64,000 nucleotides of DNA, from IMG/VR virus record IMGVR_UViG_3300046786_000128, positions 12,368-76,367 of that record; one strand, given 5' to 3'. Shown here in pieces: positions 39,855 through 48,495 of this stretch. The first letter of the stretch is position 1. Each line of letters opens with the position of its first letter. A program made the translations under genes and the position numbers. Below the pieces are notes generated by a model. The model saw only the letters and a list, made by a program, of their open reading frames with translations. It ran no database searches and was not told where the DNA came from. The stretch is from a virus (Duplodnaviria > Caudoviricetes).

Positions 39855-40693
39855 TCGTTTTTAAACAACGGAACTTGTAATCTATCACTGTATCTTAGTC
39901 CGTGTTTCATAGCAAACTCTGCTACTTTTCTATTATTCATGCTGTAAACACTTTCAACACCCCCTACTGGCATTAGATAGCAAGGACCTTGAAATCCTTC
40001 TGCACGATAAATGTCTAATGTTTCTAATGCTTCTTCGGCATCTTCTTCTGTAGAGATAACAAACTTAAGATATGTATAACCTACTTCTTCATATTCGCAA
40101 ACAACGTCTGGACGAATTGCTTCGTCTCTAGCTTCACCTGAACAACTTAGTTTAGCACTAACACTAAATGTTAGATTGTGACGTGTACGATCCATGTTTA
40201 GCTTACCCCATTTAAGAAGCTCTAATTTAAAATCGTCGGAAAGTTTCTGAGTACCATTTGTTTCAAATGTAATCTCTTTCAAACCTAACATCTTAGGATG
40301 ATTGAGCAAGTCTGGATAAGCACGTTGCCAACCTAGCAAAGGTTCGCCACCTGTGATTACAAGATGTTCGTCGCGCCATTCTTTGTACGGTAACGTATCC
40401 ACAATAGCATCGGCAACCGCACTAGTATCCATAAGGGGAGATAGATGCTTAAAGCGAGGATCCCAACTAGCGTAACTATCACAACCTGTACTAACCAAAG
40501 GAAGTAATTTGTACTCGGAGTACTTAGACGGGTCAACATTGTCTGCTTCATTACTTAATTCTCCTTTAGGCATGCCAAATCCTGCACATTTAAAATTACA
40601 TCCAAATGTACGTAAGAAAACAGAAGGAACACCCATGTAGCGTCCTTCACCCTGAATGCTGTAAAACAGCTCTGCAATTTTTAATTTACTCAT
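39842..40693 (-). CDS. queE: 7-carboxy-7-deazaguanine synthase QueE (radical SAM)
   Basis: IAELFYSIQGEG...VFLRTFGCNFKC...CDS (Cx3C with long insert before the third Cys), ITGGEPL, ETNGT, RLQV. Confidence 0.9.
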   Translation of the reverse strand: MSKLKIAELFYSIQGEGRYMGVPSVFLRTFGCNFKCAGFGMPKGELSNEADNVDPSKYSEYKLLPLVSTGCDSYASWDPRFKHLSPLMDTSAVADAIVDTLPYKEWRDEHLVITGGEPLLGWQRAYPDLLNHPKMLGLKEITFETNGTQKLSDDFKLELLKWGKLNMDRTRHNLTFSVSAKLSCSGEARDEAIRPDVVCEYEEVGYTYLKFVISTEEDAEEALETLDIYRAEGFQGPCYLMPVGGVESVYSMNNRKVAEFAMKHGLRYSDRLQVPLFKNEWGT

Positions 40694-40699
40694 ATTAAT

Positions 40700-40729
40700 A
40701 TTATACACTTTTATTATTAGTTAAGTCAA
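40700..40729 (-). promoter_or_regulatory. Sigma70-type promoter for queE (probably leaderless)
   Basis: TTGACT-N18-TATAAT-N6-ATG on the minus strand. Confidence 0.65.
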
Positions 40730-41165
40730 CCTGTTCTACTTGTATCCCCGACGCCTTAAGGAAATCCACCCCGGCACTATCCCGATAAGCAGTACCAAAG
40801 AATACTCGTCTAATACCTGTTTGGTAGATAAGTTTGGCACAGTCCAAGCAAGGAGCATGAGTAACAAATAAATCCCCATCGAGACCAGACTCGTTACTTC
40901 TAGCAAGTTTTGCAATGGCGTTAGTTTCTGCATGTAATACCTCTGGTCTAGTTTTTAAAATAACTTCGGGTTCATCTTCCCCGTTGTCTTCATAAATTTC
41001 ATACTCACAGTTGTTATCCCAACCTGCCGGCATACCATTATAGCCGATAGAAATAATTCTATCATCTTTGACTACAATAGCGCCAACGTGTAAACGGCGA
41101 GCATGACTAAGCTCTGCGAATGTCTCCGCAGTTTTCATATATGCTTCTTTAAGTCGTAATTTCAT
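40701..41165 (-). CDS. cd: dCMP deaminase
   Basis: VGAIVV...IGYNG...HAETNAI...PCLDCAK zinc motif. Confidence 0.92.
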   Translation of the reverse strand: MKLRLKEAYMKTAETFAELSHARRLHVGAIVVKDDRIISIGYNGMPAGWDNNCEYEIYEDNGEDEPEVILKTRPEVLHAETNAIAKLARSNESGLDGDLFVTHAPCLDCAKLIYQTGIRRVFFGTAYRDSAGVDFLKASGIQVEQVDLTNNKSV

Positions 41166-41331
41166 TTTTTAATCGTCTTTTGCGACATTCTTTTTTAACT
41201 TCGGCAGGAATGTCTGGATGCCATTCTGCCATTCCGCAGTCATAGACACGATACTCTGGTGCATCGATATTTGATAGCAATAGAACCCAAAATACACAGG
41301 CTACTAAAAACCCTATAACGTACTTGATCAT
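41149..41331 (-). CDS. Small membrane-anchored hypothetical protein
   Basis: MIKYVIGFLVACVFWVLLL hydrophobic N-terminus; ATGA overlap supports a start at 41331. Confidence 0.55.
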   Translation of the reverse strand: MIKYVIGFLVACVFWVLLLSNIDAPEYRVYDCGMAEWHPDIPAEVKKECRKRRLKNEITT

Positions 41332-41525
41332 AATTCTTCGCTTATAAGTAGTTTGCACATAAATGCATCGTGTTCTTGATTAAATTTAAAGGTTAGACAG
41401 TCTTCACTAGCTTGGCTAATATATTTTCCGCCCGGCAAACCGAAATGCTCTATTACAGTAGCACAAGTTTCATTCCACTCGGTATTTGATTGTGACTTCC
41501 ATTTTATCGATACATCAAACATCAA
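41328..41525 (-). CDS. Small hypothetical protein
   Basis: Overlapping neighbours. Confidence 0.55.
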   Translation of the reverse strand: MMFDVSIKWKSQSNTEWNETCATVIEHFGLPGGKYISQASEDCLTFKFNQEHDAFMCKLLISEEL

Positions 41526-42105
41526 GCATGTCCTTTATTTTATGATACACAATATTATTTCCGTGTTCGGTATAATGATTTACATTTCCTCGTTCGGTAG
41601 TCCATAAGTTACTAAAATCTATATGACAATTTTCTATTCTGAGATCGTTTGCAATTGGAATATGCGATACGCTAATATAAGGAATATTAATTGTGTTATT
41701 AATTTTTTCTCTTAACAATTTATAGATATCGATCTGATATTCTTCGTCATAATGAAATTCAAAAAACTTCTTAGATGCTTGTAAATTACTATTGAATGGA
41801 TCAAAGTGTCCTACAAGATCTGTAATTATTAAATCGCAATTTTTATGAAAACCTGTTGTATGAAGCGGATGATTTCTAGTATGTATCCTACTTGGACTAG
41901 TGTGACTTACGATAACACAATCAAACTGTGACAAGTCAACATTTTTAATTTGCTTGTAAATTTTATATTCGCCTATACCTGGTTCAGCCAAATTTGTAAC
42001 ATCGAATTTTTTAGCAAGAAGATTGACCCAACCATTTACAGCGTTGGGCCATTCGGCAGCAAAACTATCTCCAGTTATGAGTAATTTTTTTGTTGTTTCA
42101 ACCAT
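41515..42105 (-). CDS. SGNH-like protein
   Basis: LLITGDSFA, GIG block and C-terminal NHY. Confidence 0.55.
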   Translation of the reverse strand: MVETTKKLLITGDSFAAEWPNAVNGWVNLLAKKFDVTNLAEPGIGEYKIYKQIKNVDLSQFDCVIVSHTSPSRIHTRNHPLHTTGFHKNCDLIITDLVGHFDPFNSNLQASKKFFEFHYDEEYQIDIYKLLREKINNTINIPYISVSHIPIANDLRIENCHIDFSNLWTTERGNVNHYTEHGNNIVYHKIKDMLDV

Positions 42106-42905
42106 GGAATATAATGTTTAGCTACTAGATCGTGATAATCTTTATTGTAGTGTTCGTTATCTTCGATAAAGAAATTTTTATGATCAATGCCTGTCTGCCT
42201 CAAATAACTTTCTACTGTTTTTCCTGCAACTTTAGTATTTTTTAATTTACCGTAGTAGTCAAACTTTGTAGGAAACTTCAAACGATCTGTAAAGTTAAAC
42301 AAATGCAACTTTGCATTATTATCGGCACAGATGTTATCCCAAGCATATACTGATTGTAAAAATTCTCTTTTTTCTAAGAATGTATTTAATTCAAAGAATA
42401 GTTTCACTTGCATATAACTGTGTTTGCGAATGTCTGGTTTAATTAGACCATCTTCACTACTAAATTCAATACCGGGAAATTTGTCATAATCACTATAGAT
42501 TGATTTGTTTAATAATTGTAAAGTATTATCTTTGACAACTCCGTCCATGTATCTATGAATCATATCTGTTGAATTGTCAAGTTTATATTGAAACCAATCT
42601 ACAGGAATAGCTTCTTCGTTTGACAAGTCATCGGCAGCGATTACAAATCTATTAAATGCAGCCATACAAATAAAAACTTCGTCAATGTCGTTGTAAGTTT
42701 CAAACATAGACTTTAACCAGTCAGTATAAAGTCTGTTTGTTGCACCAGATAGTGCATATACAACAACGGGTTTATTATTCAGTTCGCTGTAAATCTCTGC
42801 GTAATTATTATCATTCCATTGACTAAAACTACCAAGTCCTTTGCTATTAGGAACAGACTGATAGCCCATAGTATGGCTATCGCCGATAAACAAAGTTCTT
42901 GACAT
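42075..42905 (-). CDS. SGNH-like protein
   Basis: TLFIGDSHTMG, GATN block and C-terminal EHY; TAATG overlap supports a start at 42905. Confidence 0.55.
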   Translation of the reverse strand: MSRTLFIGDSHTMGYQSVPNSKGLGSFSQWNDNNYAEIYSELNNKPVVVYALSGATNRLYTDWLKSMFETYNDIDEVFICMAAFNRFVIAADDLSNEEAIPVDWFQYKLDNSTDMIHRYMDGVVKDNTLQLLNKSIYSDYDKFPGIEFSSEDGLIKPDIRKHSYMQVKLFFELNTFLEKREFLQSVYAWDNICADNNAKLHLFNFTDRLKFPTKFDYYGKLKNTKVAGKTVESYLRQTGIDHKNFFIEDNEHYNKDYHDLVAKHYIPWLKQQKNYS

Positions 42906-43417
42906 TATTTGGTCCACCATTCTTCGTAGGGGAATTCAACCCATACATCTTCTTCTGCTTTGTTAATTTCTAATCCACAATAATCAACTTCGCGAACACA
43001 TTTACTAGATAAGTTATCCACTAGTACTGCAAATCTAACATTATTGCCCCAGACAGAATTCCATCTTTCACCGTTAGGGAAGCAACCACTAGGCCAATCT
43101 TTCATGATCCAATTAAGAGTTGATCCTTGATCGTTAATATCATCAACAATTAAAATTTTCATTGGTGCTTTATCGTAACCAAAGGCATCCTCGGCCATCC
43201 AGAGATTACTTTCTGGCTCCATAGTGCCATCTCGCAAACTAACGTTTAATGTGTGCATAGGCACATCTAAATAATGGCTCAGCATTACAGCGGCCTGTAA
43301 TCCACCTCTAGTCAATCCTACAATATAATCAGGGCGCCAATTATCTTTTGCCATTTGTCTAGCAATGCTAATAAGCATGCCTTTAAACTCTGTGTTATTA
43401 ATTATGAGCTTGTTCAT
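42905..43417 (-). CDS. Type I phosphoribosyltransferase (xanthine/guanine PRT-like)
   Basis: YIVGLTRGGL and ILIVDDINDQGST (PRPP-binding loop), WVEFPYE. Confidence 0.85.
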   Translation of the reverse strand: MNKLIINNTEFKGMLISIARQMAKDNWRPDYIVGLTRGGLQAAVMLSHYLDVPMHTLNVSLRDGTMEPESNLWMAEDAFGYDKAPMKILIVDDINDQGSTLNWIMKDWPSGCFPNGERWNSVWGNNVRFAVLVDNLSSKCVREVDYCGLEINKAEEDVWVEFPYEEWWTK

Positions 43418-43865
43418 ATCTTTCCTGTAGGTATTGCTCGTGTTGTACCCATTTGTTATTAACTAAGAATCCCCACTCGCGTTTTTGCGGGCCTGGCATA
43501 AACAGTGTCCATGCAGTTACGCCAGGCTCAAGCTCAATACGATGATAAGAACCAGCCCCACATATACGAAAATGGCCGGGTCCTCGCCATTTACGTATTT
43601 CACCAATTTTGATACCTTGTTGGTTAAACTCAGGAATCCATTCATAGTAACCACCTTTTAATATTAGCGTAGCATAGGACCAAGGATGATCATGAACATC
43701 ATCCGGGTCGCCTTTTAAAAATTTATGCAAGAATACATTAAATGGAAACTTGTTTCTTTCTTTTAAGAACAAATAGTATCGTTCTAAATACGGTTCGTTA
43801 TTTACACGATCCATAACAATACGCTTACGACCTAGACGTTCTAAAAAATTAAGAAACCATTTCAT
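43398..43865 (-). CDS. Cupin-like protein
   Basis: VHDHPW...KGGYYE...HRIEL metal-binding cupin pattern. Confidence 0.65.
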   Translation of the reverse strand: MKWFLNFLERLGRKRIVMDRVNNEPYLERYYLFLKERNKFPFNVFLHKFLKGDPDDVHDHPWSYATLILKGGYYEWIPEFNQQGIKIGEIRKWRGPGHFRICGAGSYHRIELEPGVTAWTLFMPGPQKREWGFLVNNKWVQHEQYLQERYEQAHN

Positions 43866-44077
43866 TTACATGTCTCCAGAAATTCGTCAAATCTTTTAAC
43901 TGCTTCGTTAAAATCTACTGCCCAAACCTTAGCTTCGATTTCATTGCCGTTGATTTTTATATCAAACGGTATAAATCCGTTAAATCTAAATTCGCTGGGA
44001 ACTGTAGTTGTAACTGTAAATTCTACAAGATTTTTAGCCCTGTAGATTAAATTATGCATCATGTCTACTGAATTCAT
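43862..44077 (-). CDS. Small hypothetical protein
   Basis: ATGA overlaps on both sides. Confidence 0.6.
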   Translation of the reverse strand: MNSVDMMHNLIYRAKNLVEFTVTTTVPSEFRFNGFIPFDIKINGNEIEAKVWAVDFNEAVKRFDEFLETCK

Positions 44078-44775
44078 CTTGGGGCAAACTCCTGTTGCAT
44101 TTTAATGTTATCAAAGAACTCTTTCTTTGTACCAGGATCATCTTTAAATGCACCTTTAAGTACAGTAGTCTGAGTTAACGAGCTATGCGCCATAATACCA
44201 CGATTCTCACAGCAACCGTGTGTTGCTTGAATGTAAACTGCTACATTTTCTGAATCAGTTGCTTTGCTAATCTCACGGGCAATGTCGTTACAAAGTTCCT
44301 CCTGGAGAGTACCTCGTCTTGCACACCACTGTGCGATACGTGTGTACTTTGAGAGTCCGATGAGTTTCTGGGCAGCAATAATACCAATATAAGCAACGCC
44401 AGAAACAGGTTGGTGATGATGACTGCACATACTACGCAACTCACTGCGAACAACCAGCATACCTTCGTAACGGTCTTCCGAGTCATTTGGAAATGCTGTT
44501 GCGTCTGGTGCTTGTTCATATCTACCTGCCATTATTTCTTTGTAGTACATTTTAGCAAGGCGTCTTGCTGTACCTTTGCTATTAGGATCTGTTTCACGAT
44601 CGATTAGTAGTGCATCTAGCACACCTTCAAATGCTACAGTTGCTTCGTTAATAAGTTCTTCTTGAGCAGCTTCTGAAATGTAACTTGAAATATTATCTCC
44701 GGCCCAGAAGCGTTTGTTATCTGCTTTCATTTTATCGCGAATAACTTGCGATAGATTTTTACTTGTATCTGTCAA
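44074..44775 (-). CDS. folE: GTP cyclohydrolase I FolE (TTG start)
   Basis: TARRLAKMY, SMCSHHHQP, GLSKYTRI, QEEL and HGCCENRG motifs; GGAG SD. Confidence 0.95.
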   Translation of the reverse strand: MTDTSKNLSQVIRDKMKADNKRFWAGDNISSYISEAAQEELINEATVAFEGVLDALLIDRETDPNSKGTARRLAKMYYKEIMAGRYEQAPDATAFPNDSEDRYEGMLVVRSELRSMCSHHHQPVSGVAYIGIIAAQKLIGLSKYTRIAQWCARRGTLQEELCNDIAREISKATDSENVAVYIQATHGCCENRGIMAHSSLTQTTVLKGAFKDDPGTKKEFFDNIKMQQEFAPR

Positions 44776-44814
44776 TTATAATTTCTCCGAGTTTATGTCG
44801 TGGATGACATTAAC

Positions 44815-45885
44815 TTATTTTAACATCTCTAGTAGTGCATTGCAACTAAAGTAATGTTCTCTAAGTTCATCTACCTGCTTATTTAGACGAGGTAGGAATT
44901 TTTCATAATTATTCATGTATTGAATAATCTTTCCACATACTTCAGGCCGATGTGCAGTATATTCTTCGTACGATTCGGTCCATTCGCTAGGATACTTAAA
45001 CGTATCAAATGCCATCTCGCTGTAGCTTAGTCTATCTGGAACCATAGGGATAGCATCTACAATAGCACCTTCGTACCAACTAATACCAAGTGTTTCTTGT
45101 AAGTTAGCACTAAACACTAATTTAGCTTCGCCTAACAAATTGTGATATTCGTTCTTTGTTAGTTGTTGATCCTGACATACAACGAATTCGTATTGCGGAA
45201 GATGTTCTTTTAAATCGCGAAAGATTTCAACTTGTTTCTCAGGAGCGATGCGATGAGGGAACAAAATTAAATCACGTTTGGGCATATTCTTGTACATTAC
45301 AAGAGTATCTTCCATATACTCCATAGGCCAGCCTGTACGCACAATTTTATTATTGTCGTGATTTTCACGTAAGCCAACAATGCAACCTAAAAGCTCTTCA
45401 CAAAATAGTTCAATGTGAAAATCAGTGGCAAAGTAGTTATGATCAATAGCGTGAAAGAAACTCTTTTCAGCATGTCTAACCCAAGGAGCATCACCAATAA
45501 GACGTCCTAAGAAATCTTGTGGATCATAGCTGCCAGCATGCCATAGTGCGTGAATTGTTACAGGAATATGTAACAACTCGCTCATGTATTTTAAGTTGAT
45601 GATGCCAGGGTGCCAAGCATCAGTAAAAATAAAGTGATCGCCGGGATGAACGGATCCGTCACAAAATAAACGGCCCATCTGCTCAACCTGTGAAGCTTTG
45701 TATATATTGGTACCACCAAAATTAAGAAAAGCGCCTGGAGTGGTAGCACTAGGAATATCTTCAGGGCCACAGATAACTTGAACATTATGACCTGCCTTTT
45801 TAAGTAGTTTAGGTACATGGGACTTCCATTGTCCCGTGTACCTTGTTTCTACCGCTTCGAGATCAACGAGAAAAACGTTGCTCAT
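44815..45885 (-). CDS. GT-B retaining glycosyltransferase (GT4-like)
   Basis: FPHRIAPEK and ETLGISWYE (E-x7-E) motifs; probable start MSNVFLVDLE at 45885. Confidence 0.75.
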   Translation of the reverse strand: MSNVFLVDLEAVETRYTGQWKSHVPKLLKKAGHNVQVICGPEDIPSATTPGAFLNFGGTNIYKASQVEQMGRLFCDGSVHPGDHFIFTDAWHPGIINLKYMSELLHIPVTIHALWHAGSYDPQDFLGRLIGDAPWVRHAEKSFFHAIDHNYFATDFHIELFCEELLGCIVGLRENHDNNKIVRTGWPMEYMEDTLVMYKNMPKRDLILFPHRIAPEKQVEIFRDLKEHLPQYEFVVCQDQQLTKNEYHNLLGEAKLVFSANLQETLGISWYEGAIVDAIPMVPDRLSYSEMAFDTFKYPSEWTESYEEYTAHRPEVCGKIIQYMNNYEKFLPRLNKQVDELREHYFSCNALLEMLK

Positions 45886-46117
45886 TACGGCGACCGTTGT
45901 TATCCCAGCGTGGCTTGTTACCCTGATATGGGCGACGTGGACGCTTGCTTGCAAGGTATGCTTGATAGTTAGCACTGTCCTTGCGATACAATTCCGCTGG
46001 GTTGAAGTCGCACATTTCTAAGCGACAATAATCGTGATATGCTTCGATGTCATCGAAGATTTTTACCACATCGGGACGATTTTCAAAATAAGCGTAATCG
46101 TTGTAATTCTTAGCCAT
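45863..46117 (-). CDS. Small hypothetical protein
   Basis: AAGGA SD; lies between the QueD-like gene and the GT. Confidence 0.65.
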   Translation of the reverse strand: MAKNYNDYAYFENRPDVVKIFDDIEAYHDYCRLEMCDFNPAELYRKDSANYQAYLASKRPRRPYQGNKPRWDNNGRRNEQRFSR

Positions 46118-46128
46118 TATAGCTTTCC

Positions 46129-46518
46129 TTAATATTTAATAAATGAACCATTTTCTCCGTCTTCGGAGACCTCAATCCAAACCTCACGGTCGGGATACTT
46201 TTGTGAAATAATGCCATGTAAATCATCTGACATCATCTCGCAACTCTTAAAATCTAAACTTAGTGTAGCATCTTTGTATAAGTTTTCCAACCATCGTTTA
46301 AATTGAATAAACTCAATATCTCTATCATTATGTGTTACAGAAATCCAAACACGGAAATGAAAGATGTGTCGATGTGGATGTCCTAAGAAACTAACATCAT
46401 ATTCGTCACCTGTAGCTAGTGAAGGGTCTGTTAATGCCGCTGGATATTTGTGCATACCCTCCTTACGAAATGTAACCCAAATCATTTTGTTAGGGCGGAT
46501 GTCTTGCTTAATAATCAT
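46129..46518 (-). CDS. QueD-like T-fold protein with atypical LxxxHRHxF motif (QueD-like or DpdL-like)
   Basis: FLGHPHRHIFHF, SCE and VSEDGEN motifs; no CxxxHGH; ATGA overlap supports a start at 46518. Confidence 0.7.
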   Translation of the reverse strand: MIIKQDIRPNKMIWVTFRKEGMHKYPAALTDPSLATGDEYDVSFLGHPHRHIFHFRVWISVTHNDRDIEFIQFKRWLENLYKDATLSLDFKSCEMMSDDLHGIISQKYPDREVWIEVSEDGENGSFIKY

Positions 46519-46742
46519 ACTGATAGTAATCCTTTGCACAATTCGCCAATCTCTTCTTTAGTGAGATGGAAATTGTATGTACTGGTAAAGTCTACTTCAC
46601 CGTCTTTATTTAGGCATTCTTGTATAAAGTCTACATTATGTAGGCCCTTAGGACTTGTTACTTCCCAAGAACGTACTCTCATTCTAAATGCTTTGTCTTC
46701 TTTAACGACAAACTCGTTAACTGTTAAACTGTCGTGCATCAT
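46515..46742 (-). CDS. Hypothetical protein
   Basis: ATGA overlaps. Confidence 0.6.
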   Translation of the reverse strand: MMHDSLTVNEFVVKEDKAFRMRVRSWEVTSPKGLHNVDFIQECLNKDGEVDFTSTYNFHLTKEEIGELCKGLLSV

Positions 46743-47014
46743 GTTTTTAAATTCTCCATGGTAATAATTTTACCAATCTCTGCACCGAGATCTTTGTCGT
46801 CGGTAATAACATACAAACCAGTTTGATGACGATCGGATCGTCTATCGTATGCAGAAGTCTCAATAACAGTTCCGCCACTTGCTTTATATACTTTTAAATT
46901 AAATCCATATGATTCAATTGATGTATCTCTTGTTGCCTTCAATGAGGGCATTTCTAGCTTATGGTGATCATCATTCATTGCCCATCGAACAATTATTTTC
47001 TTTAACCAATTCAT
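46739..47014 (-). CDS. Hypothetical protein
   Basis: ATGA overlaps. Confidence 0.6.
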   Translation of the reverse strand: MNWLKKIIVRWAMNDDHHKLEMPSLKATRDTSIESYGFNLKVYKASGGTVIETSAYDRRSDRHQTGLYVITDDKDLGAEIGKIITMENLKT

Positions 47015-47526
47015 TTTAGTATCTCATCATTTTTATACTTTGCCCAGTCTGTGAACTTACTACGATCCATAAGTGAGTGGAGACTGTGGGACCACACACC
47101 TGGATTTGTTGCATTAAAATCTTTATCATCGATTTTAATCATTGTATTATAATTCCATAACTTTGTATATGGAATAGGCACTCGAATCTGTGGAATAAAA
47201 TTATTGTATTCGTTTAACGGACCTTCGTTAAATTCTTCAACGCATTGAATTGGAATATCTAGCGAACATAGATAATCCATCTTTAAATAATGCTCAATCA
47301 TATTCTCCCACGCTTTCCACTCGTCAGCAGCTTTTGGATCAAAGCTATGATTAGCACCAAAGAAAATATGCTGTCCCACATGTTTCAAACGCATGGTAAT
47401 TTGATCAGTTGGTTGTACACCTGTAACAAACAATGTGTGCATACCAAATGCAGGAGTATGTTCTACCTCAATACCTTCAAAGAATACAGCATCATCGGCC
47501 GAGCCGGAATTATAATCACGTTTCAT
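47011..47526 (-). CDS. Hypothetical protein within the deazaguanine cluster
   Basis: FFEGIEVEHT...HIFFGANHSF; coupled by ATGA overlaps. Confidence 0.65.
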   Translation of the reverse strand: MKRDYNSGSADDAVFFEGIEVEHTPAFGMHTLFVTGVQPTDQITMRLKHVGQHIFFGANHSFDPKAADEWKAWENMIEHYLKMDYLCSLDIPIQCVEEFNEGPLNEYNNFIPQIRVPIPYTKLWNYNTMIKIDDKDFNATNPGVWSHSLHSLMDRSKFTDWAKYKNDEILK

Positions 47527-47681
47527 TTAAACCAACTTTTAATAGACTGCATTAAATTATAAAATCTAGTTTTGTAAGAGTCATCCATGATTTCGTCAAA
47601 TAACGATTTGTGATTAGGACAACGACCTTGCCTATAATCGCAATCTGGCGAGTACTCTTTACCGCAGGTTTTACAATTCAT
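47523..47681 (-). CDS. Small Cys-rich (zinc-finger-like) protein, not in the ORF track
   Basis: Manual translation gives MNCKTCGKEYSPDCDYRQGRCPNHKSLF... (52 aa); ATGA overlaps at both ends. Confidence 0.65.
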   Translation of the reverse strand: MNCKTCGKEYSPDCDYRQGRCPNHKSLFDEIMDDSYKTRFYNLMQSIKSWFK

Positions 47682-48130
47682 AGTTCTAATCCGTTTTGTT
47701 TAGCATACTGTGCATTGACTGCTTCTCGTTCTACAAGATGGAAATCACATAATGACTTAACCCATCCACCGCTAGTTCTTTTTCCAACATTACCACACTC
47801 TTCGCAACTATGATTAGCCCAAGATTCAGCAACACGAACCATACCGTAGATTGTATCGTCACCACCTTGATAATAAAATCGAAGTCCGCCGAACTTTTCT
47901 TTAATCTGTTCTACAACAACCTGTGGAACGGGCTTATGTTGATCGGGATATTGTTTTGCAAGTCCATTTCGATGATTGAGATGAGACTGAATGTTATCGC
48001 ACAGGCTTTCGATGATTGGCCACCAACCAACACCAACACATACTCCGCCATATTGTCCAGAAAACATTTCTGGATATTTCTGATGAAGTTTATTTACAAA
48101 AACATCGTAGTCGTGTTCAGTTGTTACCAT
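47678..48130 (-). CDS. Hypothetical phage protein (QIKEKFGGLRFY motif, CxxC)
   Basis: A motif I recognise from phage hypothetical proteins; contiguous with neighbours. Confidence 0.7.
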   Translation of the reverse strand: MVTTEHDYDVFVNKLHQKYPEMFSGQYGGVCVGVGWWPIIESLCDNIQSHLNHRNGLAKQYPDQHKPVPQVVVEQIKEKFGGLRFYYQGGDDTIYGMVRVAESWANHSCEECGNVGKRTSGGWVKSLCDFHLVEREAVNAQYAKQNGLEL

Positions 48131-48312
48131 GAGCTTGTATCCGTGTTATCAACTTCAACATCTTTACCAAAAATTTGAAACTTGACTGTGTAAGTAGGAC
48201 CAATACCGGATTTATCATCGACATGAATATTAAATTCCGGTACGTCCTTAAATCTCTCAGCAAATTCGTATAATGTTCTAATCTGTGTTTGTGTAAGTGT
48301 AAATTGTGACAT
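48124..48312 (-). CDS. Small hypothetical protein
   Basis: Contiguous ORF. Confidence 0.55.
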   Translation of the reverse strand: MSQFTLTQTQIRTLYEFAERFKDVPEFNIHVDDKSGIGPTYTVKFQIFGKDVEVDNTDTSSW

Positions 48313-48313
48313 T

Positions 48314-48493
48314 TTATTTTAGTTCTGCTTGCTTGTGTTTAAGTTTAACAATTTCGTCCTTTAAATGCAACCTTTGTTTCTTCAAATCTTCAAGTTTTAG
48401 ATCTTCAAAAAGTCCATTCTTTTCTAAATTATCAATTTGCTTGTCCAAAACACGATGTGCTTCTTCTAAATGCTTGATTCGATTTTCGTACAT
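48314..48493 (-). CDS. DUF465/YdcH-like coiled-coil protein, not in the ORF track
   Basis: MYENRIKHLEEAHRVLDKQID...LKKQRLHLKDEI (59 aa); AGGAG SD. Confidence 0.7.
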   Translation of the reverse strand: MYENRIKHLEEAHRVLDKQIDNLEKNGLFEDLKLEDLKKQRLHLKDEIVKLKHKQAELK

Positions 48494-48495
48494 AC

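Noticed and set aside
44776-44815. preQ1 riboswitch upstream of folE
   Set aside because: The hairpin lacks the preQ1-I consensus stem/loop and A-rich tail; kept only as a generic hairpin.
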